Source: Paramecium tetraurelia (lineage: Eukaryota). Taken from it: a DNA stretch of 64,000 nucleotides. This document shows positions 1-14,094 of this stretch, piece after piece (within the stretch, counting starts at the first letter, position 1; each line of letters starts with the position of its first letter). Below the pieces are notes generated by a model that worked only from the letters and a program-made list of their open reading frames with translations, searched no databases and was not told the DNA's origin. The DNA is taken from contig CT868085.1 of the NCBI GenBank assembly GCA_000165425.1, forward strand, positions 248,001-312,000. Direction: 5' to 3'. The position numbers were made by a program, and so were the translations under genes.

Positions 1-1274
1 TCACTTCCATGCTAAACTAATCTTAACTATATCAAACCTTAAGCAAGATAGTTATTTGCCAAACCATTTATTAAAAAACAAAAAAGTCTTGATCATGTAG
101 TTTAAATATGCTATTCAAATAAATAATTTGCTTAATTAAAAGAAGGTGCGAGTTTAAAATGCTTGTTCAAAACTTTAGTTTTTAAGGAAGAGAATTATGA
201 TAAAATATTAATAATTTAATTTGAAAGTAATAAATTATCTATAAATTTAGATCTTTTATTAAAAAGATCATGTTCTTTTTGGGAAAACCAGAATGAAGTA
301 ACTAATTGTGGTATCAATTTAGGAACAAACAATTAAGAATAATGTGAGAATTCCTATTGCATTTGTAATTTAAGGAGAGAATTCAAAAATACATTAAAAA
401 TGTACATCCATTATATTAAAAAAGATTGTCAAAGGCTTTCATAATAATTTTCTTGGTATAAAATGCTAATTTTATGATAAAATGGCATAAATATCTGTAG
501 GAATAAAATTATTACTATGATGCATTATACTAAATTAGAATAGCAAAAGATGTTCACATTGGTGGCATATAATTGAATAAAGTTTTTAATGATTTCTAGA
601 AATTTAAATTATCTAAAATAATTTACTTTGATTCAATTGATATATCAAATTCATCCAAATTGCATCCCGAAGACTTATAGTATAAAATACCAATAACTAA
701 TTTCAACTTAGAAACATCGATTTTTCTATTTAAGAAAAATATACAATAAAAGTAGTTTGATTCGAATTTGCTATATAACTTATCCATGGCATTTTTTTAA
801 GGCAAGGAACATGTAATAAGCAAAAAATAAGTTTATTTTGAAAATATCGATTTACATTTTGTATTTGAATATTATTCTTCCTAAAATTAAATTAAGAAAA
901 CTATCTAATTAAGAAAACTTAATGAGTTAAAACAAAAATATTAGAGCATATTACATACATTAAATTAATCTCAAAATATACAAATTGAAAAGGATGAATA
1001 TTTAATTTAGTGGATATCAGCAACAAGGAATGATTTTATAAACGATTTTAAAATGAAAAAGAATGAAAGAGTTCCTCAATTCTATTTTACAATAGGAGAT
1101 GTTATTGTTAGGAATTAAAAATTAAAATGGTAACATTTTAGTTATAAGAGTGAAAAATTATAAATTGGATACGAACATCTTTGTAAATAGATAACTAAAC
1201 TAAATTAGGATCATGAAAATTTTGAAAAGCATTAACATTCAATAAAAATTAATTGTATTCTTTGTATTGAATGA
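1..1274 (+). CDS. 3' part of a hypothetical protein with a Cys-rich GPS-like segment followed by a hydrophobic stretch (5' end outside window)
   Basis: Table-6 frame 1 is open from base 1. A 23-nt GT..AG intron (402-424) joins it to frame 3, which is open to TGA at 1272-1274. Contains CSFWENQ...NCG...YCICNL. Confidence 0.65.
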
Positions 1275-1341
1275 TATTTCTATATACTTTAGCTATATTA
1301 ATTGTACAATTAATATTATTTGCCTTATTTTAATAAATAAA

Positions 1342-3946
1342 TCAAAATAATTTCTTTTAAAATTTTTAGAAATAAACATTCGGGAAGAGCAAATAGGGCA
1401 TAAATTTAGAAATTATGTCGTCCCTACTTCTTAAATTTGCTACATATATCATTTTATCATCATTATGTTCTGGATAGTAATCTGTATATGATTTCTTTTA
1501 CTCAAAATTTTTCAACTCTTTTTTCTCAAACTTTTTGAAATTTTTGTATTTCATGATCAAAAATGATATTGCCTCTCTGTCTTTTGGAGGCAGATTCTTA
1601 TAATTCTTTAATTAATAGTATCTTTATTTCAATTAATCTTCAATTGCATCGTTAATTATGTTATCTTATTCAGGATCATAATTAATAATCTACTGGTTAT
1701 TTTATCTCACATAATCGATTGGATTTTAAGGTCTTCCTATTATACTTATTGAATGCTTTAAGCCTTGCACTTAATTGAAATTAAACGGATCATTAATATT
1801 CATTTAAGAGTTTTTTCGAGACGGTGCTGCAGGTGAGGAATGCTATATGATAATTTTAGGGATTTAAATAAGAGTTTTATCTTCGCTTTATGGTTTTTCT
1901 TAAAAGTCAAAATGATATTTCTTGTAATATTCATTTTAAATCTTCTTCAAAATTTCTAGATCTAAAGTATTATTACACTTTCTGGTTTTTCTTGTAAATT
2001 TGGTTCTCCTTTATTTGTGATTGAATTAATATCTTTTAATGATAAGATCTTTTTATGGTATATAATGCAACATAGGACAGTTAATAATTGAATGTGAAGG
2101 TGATTGACATGATAAACATTATTCATCCCAAACAATTTCCGAAAATTGTATTCCATCTCTTGTTTTGCAATAGAGTTCGAAATCTCTTGGAAATTCTTTA
2201 AGAAGTTGCATAAAATCATATCTACAAATCATTAGTAATTTCGAAAAGCCAACACTCTTATAGATTTCATTAGTGGGTATTCCTAAAACAAAGCTTTTAA
2301 GTCCAAAAGTTTCCCCTACCATAACTTACTTGATTTGAATTTTATTTTATCCCTCAGTACATACCGAAATTTCCCCTTTTTCAACATAACATACAAATTA
2401 ATCTAATTCTTTACGAAATTCATTTTCTGGCAATAAATCAACAACACTTATTCGTTTTGATAAAGCTTTTTAAAATGGTCTACTAAATTAAGAAAAGAAG
2501 GGCATTTCTCTAATAACTTGTGTGTTGACCTACCACATTAATTGTTCTTGTAGTTTTTCTGACAATTGATTTATGATGGCTTTTTCTTCCATAGTTTCCT
2601 CTTCTTGCTGTTACATCCAATATTGTTTCAAATACTATCGAATTTATTCTTGGAATGCATATGGAATTCTTTTTTTGTGTAAATAAGTATTAATGATTCT
2701 TATATTCTTTTTTTATAATTCTGTTTACGAGGTGATTTCTGAAATTACATTTCCGACTGTATTAATAGAGTATGGCAATTGAACACTGGACACCATAATT
2801 AGCAATATTGCTATAATTCGTTCCTCGTCACTTTTTGGTGTGATATCTCCATAACCAACTGTAAACATAGTGACACATGCATAGTAAAATGATGACAAAT
2901 ACTGAATATTCCACGACTTATCCAACAGATTTCGATCATCTATCCAACTATCATCTCTATATAGTTCACTAAATTGACCTCCCTAAATAAATTAGTAAAT
3001 AAATTACCCAAAACCAAAGACACCCGAAAATGTGGATCACATAAAATATTAACAATGTAAATTTGAATAGTTATAATATCGACGAAGCCTGTCTGGTGAA
3101 GTTTAGAGCCATTTCATATTATTTTCCTTTGTTCTGAACATTCTTATAATGTGATAAAAATAGTAATAGAATTAGGTAATAGGGATTTTGATTGATGTCT
3201 ACTTTAGTATCCGTTGAGGCGGAATAGATGAACAGTATAAAAACTATAAAAGTTGATATCCACTCCAAACCAAACGACTACCATAATACGTTTTTAATTA
3301 TTTAAATTCTTTTAGTAACAATTTAGCCAGCTTCATAAAATACAGTGTTCAAACTTATAAATAGATCCACCAATAATATAATTATCATTATCAAAGTGCT
3401 TATGAAATAATTGCCAAATAATAATTATTCTTGAGTCCAACAGATGTCAACTGGAATCATGTATAAAAAATAGAGTCTTGCGATTGTGGCTAAGACATCC
3501 CATATAGTTTTGTATAAGCTTTAAGGATATATTAATGGAATTTTATTTATTTTCTTTGCAATCCATGAATATATTGGATGACAATAATTACTTAAATGCT
3601 TTTTAAGCACTTTATTGTTCTCATCCACACTTTGTATCATGGCTGAGTATTTTTCGTTCAATATTCTGTAATGGTATTCTTTAAAATGGATTTGAAAAAA
3701 TTTCCGAGCTAACAATCGATCTATAAACATTTTGACATATTTGTTCTTGGTGGCCAGGTTTTTGTAGATGAGCTTCGATTGAAAGTCCTTTGTTGCTTAT
3801 CTCGTTAGGAAACTGATCATCCTGTGTTTTAAGTTACTTTGCCTAGAGCTTTCGGTAACGTAGAGACTTTTCACATTTTTATTGAGAAAAGACTCTCTGC
3901 CATCCTGATTCGAAGATTTAATATCCTATCTGCATGAGCTATACAT
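1342..3946 (-). CDS. 6-TM K+ channel with C-linker and cyclic-nucleotide-binding-homology domain (KCNH/CNBD superfamily)
   Basis: ATG at 3946 (MYSSCRQD...), pore VTMFTVGYGDITP, CNBD-like GETFGLKSF, one 25-nt intron at 2983-3007, TGA at 1342-1344; spliced length 860 codons. Confidence 0.92.
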
Positions 3947-4063
3947 TTTATAAATTGATAATCAAATTAAATATATCAGATCATTATGCTAAGAATAATC
4001 TTTTTGAATGAAATATAAATACAATAATGTAAAAAAAGTGATATTTTAATATCAATCATATGC

Positions 4064-7000
4064 TCAATTATCTTTTTCAACGAAGCTTCCCCTAATAGTA
4101 GTATTCTTGGCCTATCTGATACGATCAAAGAGAGTGAAATTGGTTTTAGTTCTTTTCATTTCTCTCATATCAAATTCCTGTCTTTTTTCGTTTTATTTTT
4201 CATAATAAATATTAATCCTATCTATTACAATTTCAAGGTTGAAATCAGGAAAATAGAATTTCGACGACTTGGCATTGTCCATATCCATTTCAAAGTGGAC
4301 TCGAACTATGTCTTGTATTCTCTTCTAAATTCCATCCATTGATTAGCCCACATGCACACTATTGCTATCTCCATTGTTATCATATTTGTTGTTGGAATCA
4401 ACCAGAGCTGAATTACTAGGTACTCCAGCCGTATACACACTAGAACTATAGGCTTCATTGTTTAGAACACTTTTTTCTGCTTTCTTATTTGATTTATTAT
4501 CAACTTCCGATTGTTGGAAGAACTATAATAACTATGTGGTTTTTCTCCTTTTCTTCCTACGAGTGACTTCAATACTTTAAAATGTAAATTGAACAAATAC
4601 TTGCTGGTTTTCTTGGAAATGATACTATTTTCCCTTGCCTCTATTCTTTGTTTGATTTCAATTTCCTATGAATAAGAGGGAGGTGATTGATCGAAATTAG
4701 TCTCACTTCCCTTACTAACTTGCTTTAATAAATGGTTCGCTTTATTATCTAGTTAATTTAAATATCAAATGAAAACCTAGATGCTAATTAGTGCCACTAT
4801 CAAATTCTAGCCATGATACTTTTCTGATTCCTATGTTTGGATTGTTATTGAGTTTGCTTTTGACTACCTTCAGTTTGCTATGTATATAATTTTGTGATCC
4901 TGCATTGGCATTTTTAATTTTATCTTCCTCTTGAATCAAAGATTCATCCAAGAGATCAACTGGCCCATTGTTATTTTGATGATATTTCCCTTTCAATGAT
5001 TGGAGAGTCTTGCCTCTATCTAAGCCTTGCAGTTTTATTCTATTAAGACTCCTTCTAAATTGACTGCCCTGATCCCAATCTAAGACGCTTTCCTAATAAT
5101 CCATAAGACAGATAGTTTTACATTTGTCATACTAGGCCGTTGACCATCTTTGAGAAAGATTGCTGTTTGATTTTAGGACTTTTGGTCAGCAGGTAACACA
5201 GTCTATATTGAAGGTTATGGAACTGGCTATTAAAGATTGTTTTCAAATTAGGACAATATTTTCTAATCTTTGAATAAGGAATTCTTCTTATTTCCAACCA
5301 ACTTCTATAGTTCATCCTCCCTATCATTCAACTCAAAACCGAGATTAATCAGATAAGTATCATTTATTTCTCTTGAATATTTATCAATTGTACCTTTCCG
5401 GTATTATATTGTTCAAGACTATATATCCCAATGCTGCTTCTTAGACATCAGGGAGATTATTTTTCCAATTCGATTTCGGCAATGTCCTATAAGGAAATAC
5501 CAATCGTTTATTAGTTTTCGTTTAAGCAAAAGAACTGGCGATTTTATTTTTGTTCGGTTACAGAAATACGAATGGGCATCTATAGAAATATTACAAATTA
5601 GACTTACTAAATAAATCGATGAGTCCATCCGCATATTTCGCAGATCTAACCAAAACCCTTGTAATTGGAATTAAATAATAGATTGTCTTTAGCCAAACAG
5701 TACTTCTCGAATTCCTCGTTGTTCTCTTATAGAATTAGATAGAATTGCTAATAACTAATTCAAAATGAATTCAAAATAATACTCCACAACTAATAATTGA
5801 GTAAATTTGGTTGCTCTGGCATTGTATTCATAGGGTGTTTGCGAAATGAATTCTCGTTCTCCAATGACAGCTCTATAAAATGATGTTGAGTATTATATAT
5901 TTACCCTTGAGTTATCTTCTTCAAGAAGGTTTCAGTGTAAAAGTGTTCATCCTCATCTAAAAGCATTACTTGACATTTATACTTTAATGGTCAGCAACAT
6001 ATTCCACCGCACCGGATAAAACAAACCAAAGTGCTTTTGGAGAATCGTTCCTCTAGAATAGTAATTATTCAGGATATAATTTGGTTTCTTTAACTACCTA
6101 ACACAACCTATGGATAGTTTCATCACTAAAGTTCTCTCTCAAGAAACGTGATTGAGTCAATGTTTTACTGTAAATATCAACCAGAACCTCTTCTCTTAAA
6201 TGTTTTGTTAATTACTCAATGAATTATTCGGCATGTTGATCTTCCTCTTACTTAACCTTGAAGAAATACTCGAAATATTTTTTAACCTAAATTGATTCCA
6301 ACTGACTACCTTTAATTGCAAATTGTAACTCAACCCTCTCTTTCTAATATGTTGATTGATTTCCCTAATTCTCTATTTGTAAATAGCCTTTTTATCAGAT
6401 ATTTATTTAAAGATGTTTCCAATGTTGGATAAACAATAACCAAAAACACCACAAATCAACAAAGTAACAACTATCACAAACACTCTCTCCACTGTTGTAA
6501 CTGGAACAATATCACCATATCCTACGGTAACGGTTGTGATAACACTCCAATACAAAGAAATGATGTATCTATCAAACCAATAGTAATCCATAGCATTAGG
6601 ATCATATTTAGTCAACCAAGTTTATTCCTAATTATAATTTTCATATTCTATCACTGCAACCCAATGCCATGCACATCCACAAAAGTGTCCTGTGAGCAAG
6701 AGGAAGAATATCAATTTTAACAAATCCAAAAAGACTTACATGTTATCCTAATTCATAACTTTGAATATATTACTTCCAAATTTAATACTTCTTCGATACT
6801 TGTCATTAATGGAGTCAATCTCGTTAATCTCAATAACAATGTATATCTAACGAATGGGATATCCATGTTTGAAATTAAAAATGGAATTATGACTATTAAA
6901 TCCCAGAAAAAGTTCCCCTTCACATAATGCTTCATTATCTACTTGCGATCTTCATGCATCAACCCTTTATCGTAATAGGCAGTATTGAAATTCAACAATA

Positions 7001-8116
7001 TCTCAGCAACAAATACCCATGAGGGCAATAAATCAAAAATCCATTCGAAAACTCCTTATGATCTCACATCGAAACTAATGTAGATGGGTATGTAGAAGAT
7101 GTTCACCACAATAAATAGCAGTAATACTATATCCCATATTATTTTGAATAAACTATCAGGTTTTATTACTTTCACATATTTTCCAATGAATGCATTTATT
7201 AATTCTATCCAATTTAGAAGCTTAAGAGCTTTATTTTAAATTTAGTCAAAAATAATTAAACTGATACTAGGTTTTTATTTAATTAATCTATTTATTAACA
7301 TATATTCGAAATTTGCACTGTTATCGCAAATTACCTCAAAAATTCTTTTAGTAATTAATCTGAACTTTATTCTTTCTGTCTTTGTTTTTAATTGTTGTAT
7401 AAATCGAGAAACCAATCTAATAATTATTAAGGCTTTTTAAGTCCAGACTTCATTTAAACTAAAATTTACTACGAAATCAATACCCTGTTTTCATCTCTTT
7501 GCTTCTGCCTCTCTATATCAATGATTGCTATTTTATAGTGTCTCTGTGAACTTATGCTCGCTTTGTTCTTTCGTTCTGCTCCTGCTCATCTTCTATCTAT
7601 TACACAAACGTCTAATATTTTGCTATCTTAGCATCGGATTTCAATCCCAAATTGATTGTACCATTGATCTAAAGTGGAGATGATATCACAAAGTCATCTT
7701 ATTCGAATTTTTATTAATTTTAAATAGTTTTGTTAGATTTAATTATTGTAGTCTTTCTTAATAGAGGTTATTAGGATTTCAAATTGCAACTTATTGAACT
7801 TATAGAACCTTAAGGTTCGCTCCTTTTACCACTTTAATATCAAATCTAAATACCTTAAATTACTCATTAGACAGTCCTCCTCATTCACATCAGCCTTGTG
7901 GCCTAGATTTATGGCATTCTTGTGACTGTTATCAAATATGTCCCTCTTCATCCTCACAGCTTCTAGTTACTACAATTAAGAAAACTCAAGTGTTGGATCT
8001 AATTGCTAACCTCCAATAGGACTAGCCTAATCGATATCAACCAATTGCCCAGATGAGATGTTATTGCTCTGAATTCCACTTTCCAAATCCTAGAATCCAG
8101 TGTCTCGATTAATCAT
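4064..8116 (-). CDS. 6-TM K+ channel with CNBD-homology domain and long N- and C-tails
   Basis: ATG at 8116, S4-like RYTLLLRLTRL, pore ITTVTVGYGDIVP, CNBD-like VIGEREFI, several tiny introns (e.g. 6748-6773), TGA at 4064-4066. Not every intron was mapped. Confidence 0.9.
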
Positions 8117-8164
8117 TAATTTATATTATTAAAAATTAAGTAATAATTATAATAATACTTGTTT

Positions 8165-9294
8165 TCATGAATCATTATTCCTAATTTCTATGTAAGACTT
8201 CAACAACTCAGTTTAGGTTAGGTTATACACTATTAATTTTTATATCTTCCCTCGAAAATCGTTATCATAAAAGTATCTATCTACCAATCCTTCAATGTGT
8301 GCTCCAACATCCGTGATATACTGACTCTTAACCACATTCGTTGTCTTTAGTAGATGTACCTAATTAATATACAATCGAATTTTACAAGCGATGTAGCGAT
8401 ATCATCACTCACTTTTCCTTGGTTATTTGAGTTCACAAGCATCACTGCAAAGGATAAACAACCAGCAGATATCTCACTTTAGTAATAGATACTCTGTAGT
8501 TTGTAATCGAAACAACACAACTTCAATGTAAAGTAAGCTATCTCAATTATATCATTCTCCTTATCCTTTATCTTACTCAAATATAGTCTTAATAATAAAG
8601 TTAAAAACAAAAAACCATTAGAAAAGTTAAGTTAATGATCTAAACTTTCAAAAATTTCTAACTCTCTCTACAAAATCTTAGTTCGAGCCAATCTATTATG
8701 TGAAATATCTATTGCTTAATCTAATCTTAAAGGTATAACATCGTTAAACTTTGATGCCAGATATATACAACTCACACCTGTTAAGTGGAGATTATCTTTA
8801 GTAACACTATCATCTATTATTAAAACTTACTTTAGAGTTATTTTTTAATATTCATCCAAAATAGAACAAACTATGAAAAATGTTGAATAATTCATTGAAT
8901 ATGCCTGTGTGATCTCTACCAACCAATTCAAAAACCTAATTCTCTCTTCATCATCCAAACCCTTGGGGTCTATAAATAAGTATTCGGTAGGCTTATTTTG
9001 TTTTTCCAAATAACTTTAAAGTACTAAATTATAAAATTCATCAGTTTTCCCATTCTTCTAAATAATCATGCTTAAATCTAGTTTGAACTCCAATGGACTA
9101 TGGATTTCTTCTGGATTTTCTATTTCGTTTTGATTCTCTGACTCTGTTGGCTTTTATTCTATTGCACAAGCTAGCTCTCCTAATTAGGCGACAATTGCCA
9201 CCTTGTCCGATTTCACTGATACGCCAGAACTGAAATCGGAAACTGAATCACTTGCAATGATGGAGGAGGATTGCTTTGATTGTTTTGATTTCAT
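8165..9294 (-). CDS. Cyclin (cyclin-box protein)
   Basis: Cyclin box ERIRFLNWLVEITQAY...ILDEY...LHLTGVSCIYLASKFNDVIP; introns 8807-8830 and 8360-8385; ATG 9294, TGA 8165-8167; 360 codons. Confidence 0.9.
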
Positions 9295-9663
9295 TTATTT
9301 AATTTTTAAAGGCATTCAACCGCTCAATAATATAAATTTTATATCACAGTACAAATTAAAAATTAATTTCCAAGCTCCTATTTTCCTATTATTTAATAGA
9401 ACTCTACTATCCCTTCTCTTTAATTCTCAAATTCCATTCCTTCAATAATTATTTATTACTTTGTCTTTCAACCGAATTTCGCTTCGAGGAGTAAAAATAC
9501 AAGATTACTTTTTATTTTTAGATTACTTTACTATTTGATAGCTGATTCATTCGATTTTGATATTATAGTGATTTTTTTGGATTTCAAATATTTAATTAAT
9601 AGATGTGATAAAGTTATTATTTTTTAGATGAATTAAAAAAATAAAATATCTCTTTCAAAAAGA

Positions 9664-12600
9664 ATGAAGTTAGCAACAAGAGAATATCTTGCATATTTTT
9701 AATTTTTAATGTTGAGAGATAACTTTGAAGTCACTCTAAAGAGCATTTTATGGTTTCGATTCCTTTATATAATTAATACTATACAAGTTGTTTAATTAAT
9801 TAATGGCTAAAATGTGTAAAATATTCATATTCAAAATTAGCTTCATTTAAGAAATGCTAACCAAATATAGAATAAATCTATTAATTTATTTTGGGAACAG
9901 CAACTATTTGATTTTTGCCTACATCATTATTTTAAGCATTTTTTTTCATATAGCTACTACTAAATTTTTAATCAAAATGAAAATTTCAGTCCATCAATGT
10001 ATTGGTTCCTTTGTTGTTTAAACGATATATTACATATTGTCTATGCCAATAATTTTGAACTCCCTGTATGCCATTTTAAATTAAGATCAATACGCCCATT
10101 TTATTTTGTTCCTCTTGAATGTTTTATTGAATGTCATGTATATTTACTTCAACTGCTAAACAAGTTTTTATTAGATTGACGGTAGTTTTTCAAGATAATC
10201 AGATGAAATTATTATCTATCTCTTTCGAATTATTTTATGCATATTAAAGATCAAAATACCTATAATCGAATTGCAATTCACAATAATACTCCTTGAATCA
10301 ATTTTGTTGACTATATTTTAAATGAAAAATACTGAATCGAATAGTCATTTTATTTTAAATTTAAGAATATTCCTATTAGTATTTGGAATAGCAGGGATAG
10401 CCAAATTAGATTGGATCTTTATATTATTACTCTACGTATTCCTTAAGAATATTATACAATCTTATAAAAATAGAGTTTAAACTAATTAATTGTTTATCGA
10501 TAAAAATTAAGGTTAATTAAAATTATTGATTTCCTAAATTGTAAATTATAATTAAAATGATGAGACTTTTAAGCTTATACTGATTTAAAGATATTTTAAA
10601 TTGAAGTTTTCCAATCTACAACCAAATCCTTATGATGATGTTAAGCTCTAAGATAGATTAATGATAGAGCGATATTTTTAACAGAACATATATAAGTTGT
10701 ATTTTCTATTGTTGTCATAAAATTAATAAAAAATGAAATTTTTAGATTTTGTATTTGTGAAAGCTTACACTTATTTAATTTAACAAGAATGCTAATCGAA
10801 ATCTAAGAAAGATTAATAAGACAACTCATGGCTAATTCGAATTTTCGTATAATAAGAGACCAACTTTGATATTTTGGAATAAGCTAGAATAACAAAGTTA
10901 ATTTATTTTTAAAACTTAATTAAGACAAATATCAATGAATCTAAATATTTTAAGATGATTAAAAATTAGACTTCGTAATTTTGTATAAAAATGTAAAAAT
11001 TAAAGAAGAAACTTGAGACTAACATTGATTTAAAATCCTAAACTCTTTAAAATTCTGATATTGTTGATCTTAAAACCATTTAAGCTATTTAAAAATACTA
11101 CTATGTCTTTTATGGTGACCATGAGAAAGTATCACAAAAATCTAATATATTAGGCTACTCAAATTGGAATGAAGGCTAAGGATTAATTAGGGTGGGATCG
11201 TAGTTTAAACAAAAAGTTATAAAAAAGTAAAAGTTTTCATTCGATATTTAGATTAAATCTTTCTAATTTAAGTAAGTTATTTATAAAAAAAATGGAAAAT
11301 TTTGAACCCTAAAGCAAAATATTTGGAAGAATATTTTAAAAATCAATATTTGGATAATGTTTTGGATCTATTTCCATAATTTTTAAGGGGACATTATGAA
11401 TAATAATTAATTAATTACGTAGAAACTGAATTTGTCGACAAATATCAATTAAAGACTTTTATATTGAAAAATAATTATATAATTTCTTGTAGAATTTCTT
11501 TTTATCACGAAGTTTTAGATAATGACTTAATTATCAACAATGTAATAGAGATTGAAGATAACAATAATTTTCTATTATTTGATTAATTTGGCAAAATTTT
11601 TGGGATTTCAGAGTAACTCTTCTATGAACTTTAAAAACTTGATGAATATTCTACCCAGGAAATAAATTATTCAACCTTCCTCGATAAAGCAATGATATAA
11701 TTTTATATTCCAGGCATAGAATATTAAGTTCTTTAACTTACTTCATTTTAATAATGTAATTAAATTGAATTTTAATCATACTTTTCCAAAAACCTTAACC
11801 TTGATGATTGCTTATAGTTGAAAATAAATTTCAACTTATCAGAGGAACTTCTACCTTCGATTAAACGTAGTTCATCATAGAATTTTAGAAAAATAATTCA
11901 AGATGACAATCAAACTTAAAAGAATAAGAAAATATAACTTTTGAATCCTAAATTTTCGATGTAGTTTGAATAAACCCAATAGTGTCTAAATTAAGATTAA
12001 AATATATTTTCTCAGAATTTTCAATTAGAATATATTCAATTAAATAATTGTGATTATTATTATTTTATCCTCCATTTTTCTGATTTAAAAAATAATTTGG
12101 AAAGTTAAGATAGGAGTTTGAAATTAGAAACAAAGACAATAAGCAAGAATCGTGTTATTGAAAATAACATAAATATGTCAGTTATTGAATAAATAATAGA
12201 AAAAAAGAAAATATCAAGGAATTTAAAGCTGTAAATAATGCTAATAATTATTCTTATCGTTTATGTGGTTTGTAGTATTTTTGTCAACAAATAGTCAGGA
12301 AACAGTGAAATCAAATCTTATTAAACTTCAATTAATTTCTTAATCAATCCTTAAGCCTTAACTTTCTCATATGCAGGATCATTTCTTTTATAGTGGAATA
12401 GATACTGTGTAGAAAGTGGTTTATATAATATGTCTTAATATATAGAATTTTAAAGGCAATCAAAATTAAATTACGCTTTTACATTATGGAAAGGTATACA
12501 TATCAATTATACTTTGAATCTAAGTAAAAGAAGCAGAGAATTAGGGATGGAAATGGTTGATGTAATAGAATATGACAAAAACAATAATAAAATCATAACT

Positions 12601-14016
12601 CAAATGGACTATTATTCATTTTATACTATATCCAGAGAAAAAATGGTTAGAGTATAGAAAAATACTAATTATTCAAATATTTCAACTCATGACTATTCTA
12701 TATTTAAAGCAAATGGATTTATTAGGCAGAACATTTTGACTATCTTTAAATTTCATGATATAGTGATAAATGATGAAATTGAATATTTGAAACAAAAAGT
12801 AGAATTCTCTCAAACAAATTTTTATTTGATAGAAATAATTTAGATAGGTTGTGCAAATGTACTTTCAACTGCTCTCATTTTTTTTATTTATATACAAGTC
12901 AAATTAAAGAATAGAATATTCTTTTTATTATCCTTGATAGAGATTAATTCGATAAAAGCTTAGATAATATAAACAAAAGAGTTATCTTAGTTTACAAATT
13001 ATTCCTCAAAATCGAAGAAATAATATTTAATTAATAATAAAGATTCAACTGAAGATTTTTAATAATAGAAAAATAACCATACAATTTAAAGATTACAGAA
13101 TATTAAATTCTCTACTAAATTGTATTTAATTATACCGATTGTATTTATGGTTTGTTATGGTTCATAAATGATTGGAGCCTATTATTACAGAGCATTTTAC
13201 TATAATAATTATAAGAATTCATTATTGATGACAATGAATTACATCAAATTTAAGAAGCTATTTGATAGTTCCATCTTACTTGGTGAATTAATTAAAACAG
13301 AACATCTAATACCATCAAATCCTCATTATTTAATTAATGAAACTGAAACTGTAGAATTATATTTGATGTATGCTGACAATTCAACTGATTTGTTTAATAA
13401 AATACTGGATGATTTAATCGTATCAGATTATTTTAACTATACAATGAAAAATCTAATATTAAGTGCTTTTAGAAAGGATTTGTGTTTGAATTTTACAAGA
13501 TTTCTCGTCTTTTGTAATATAAGTTAGATTAAACTACCTTACAAAGCCAGTGATTCTTATTTATCCATCACATAAAATGGTATAGGGGGAGTAATATAAA
13601 ATTACAAAAAGATGGTGTAATAAGATTATTTTATAGAGAGGTAGACTTTGAAATATTCAAAAAACAATACTTAATTTATTAATTCTTAGATTCACTAGAA
13701 TTTCTATGTTCAATATGCCTAAGATATTTAATCATGCTTTTTCACTTGTTTTAGTTACTTCATTAATGAAAGCATCTATTTAAGTGATCTATTTATTGAA
13801 GCGATGTCAGATTACTTTAACTTAACTGGAATAATGTAATTATTTCTAAATTATTTAAGTATTTTGCTACTATATATTCTATTCTCTGGGTTTTGGATCG
13901 TCTATCAATATTTACAGATACATTAGATAAAATTTGTTTTACTCTTACTTGAACCAAAATTAGTATAGAAAAAAGGAATTCATCCAATGTTAGTGAGAAT
14001 TATGAATTAAATATGA
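9664..14016 (+). CDS. Large multi-pass membrane protein with degenerate PAS-like motifs (TmcB/TmcC-like ciliate family)
   Basis: Table-6 frames from ATG 9664 to TGA 14014-14016 with short introns (about 10182-10203 and 11227-11251). N-terminal hydrophobic helices, PAS-like VLDLFPQFLRGHYEQ and FLLFDQFGKIFGISE, C-terminal TM segments. Family assignment is by motif resemblance. Confidence 0.65.
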
Positions 14017-14094
14017 TTAAATATTGTAATAAAATTCACTTACATTTCTATTTGCACATTTTGAAAATTGTAAAAAAATTTAAAATCTTTTATA

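Noticed and set aside
9203..9448. ORF-track plus-strand 81-aa ORF
   Set aside because: Antisense to the cyclin 5' end and its upstream region; no motif and a non-ATG start.
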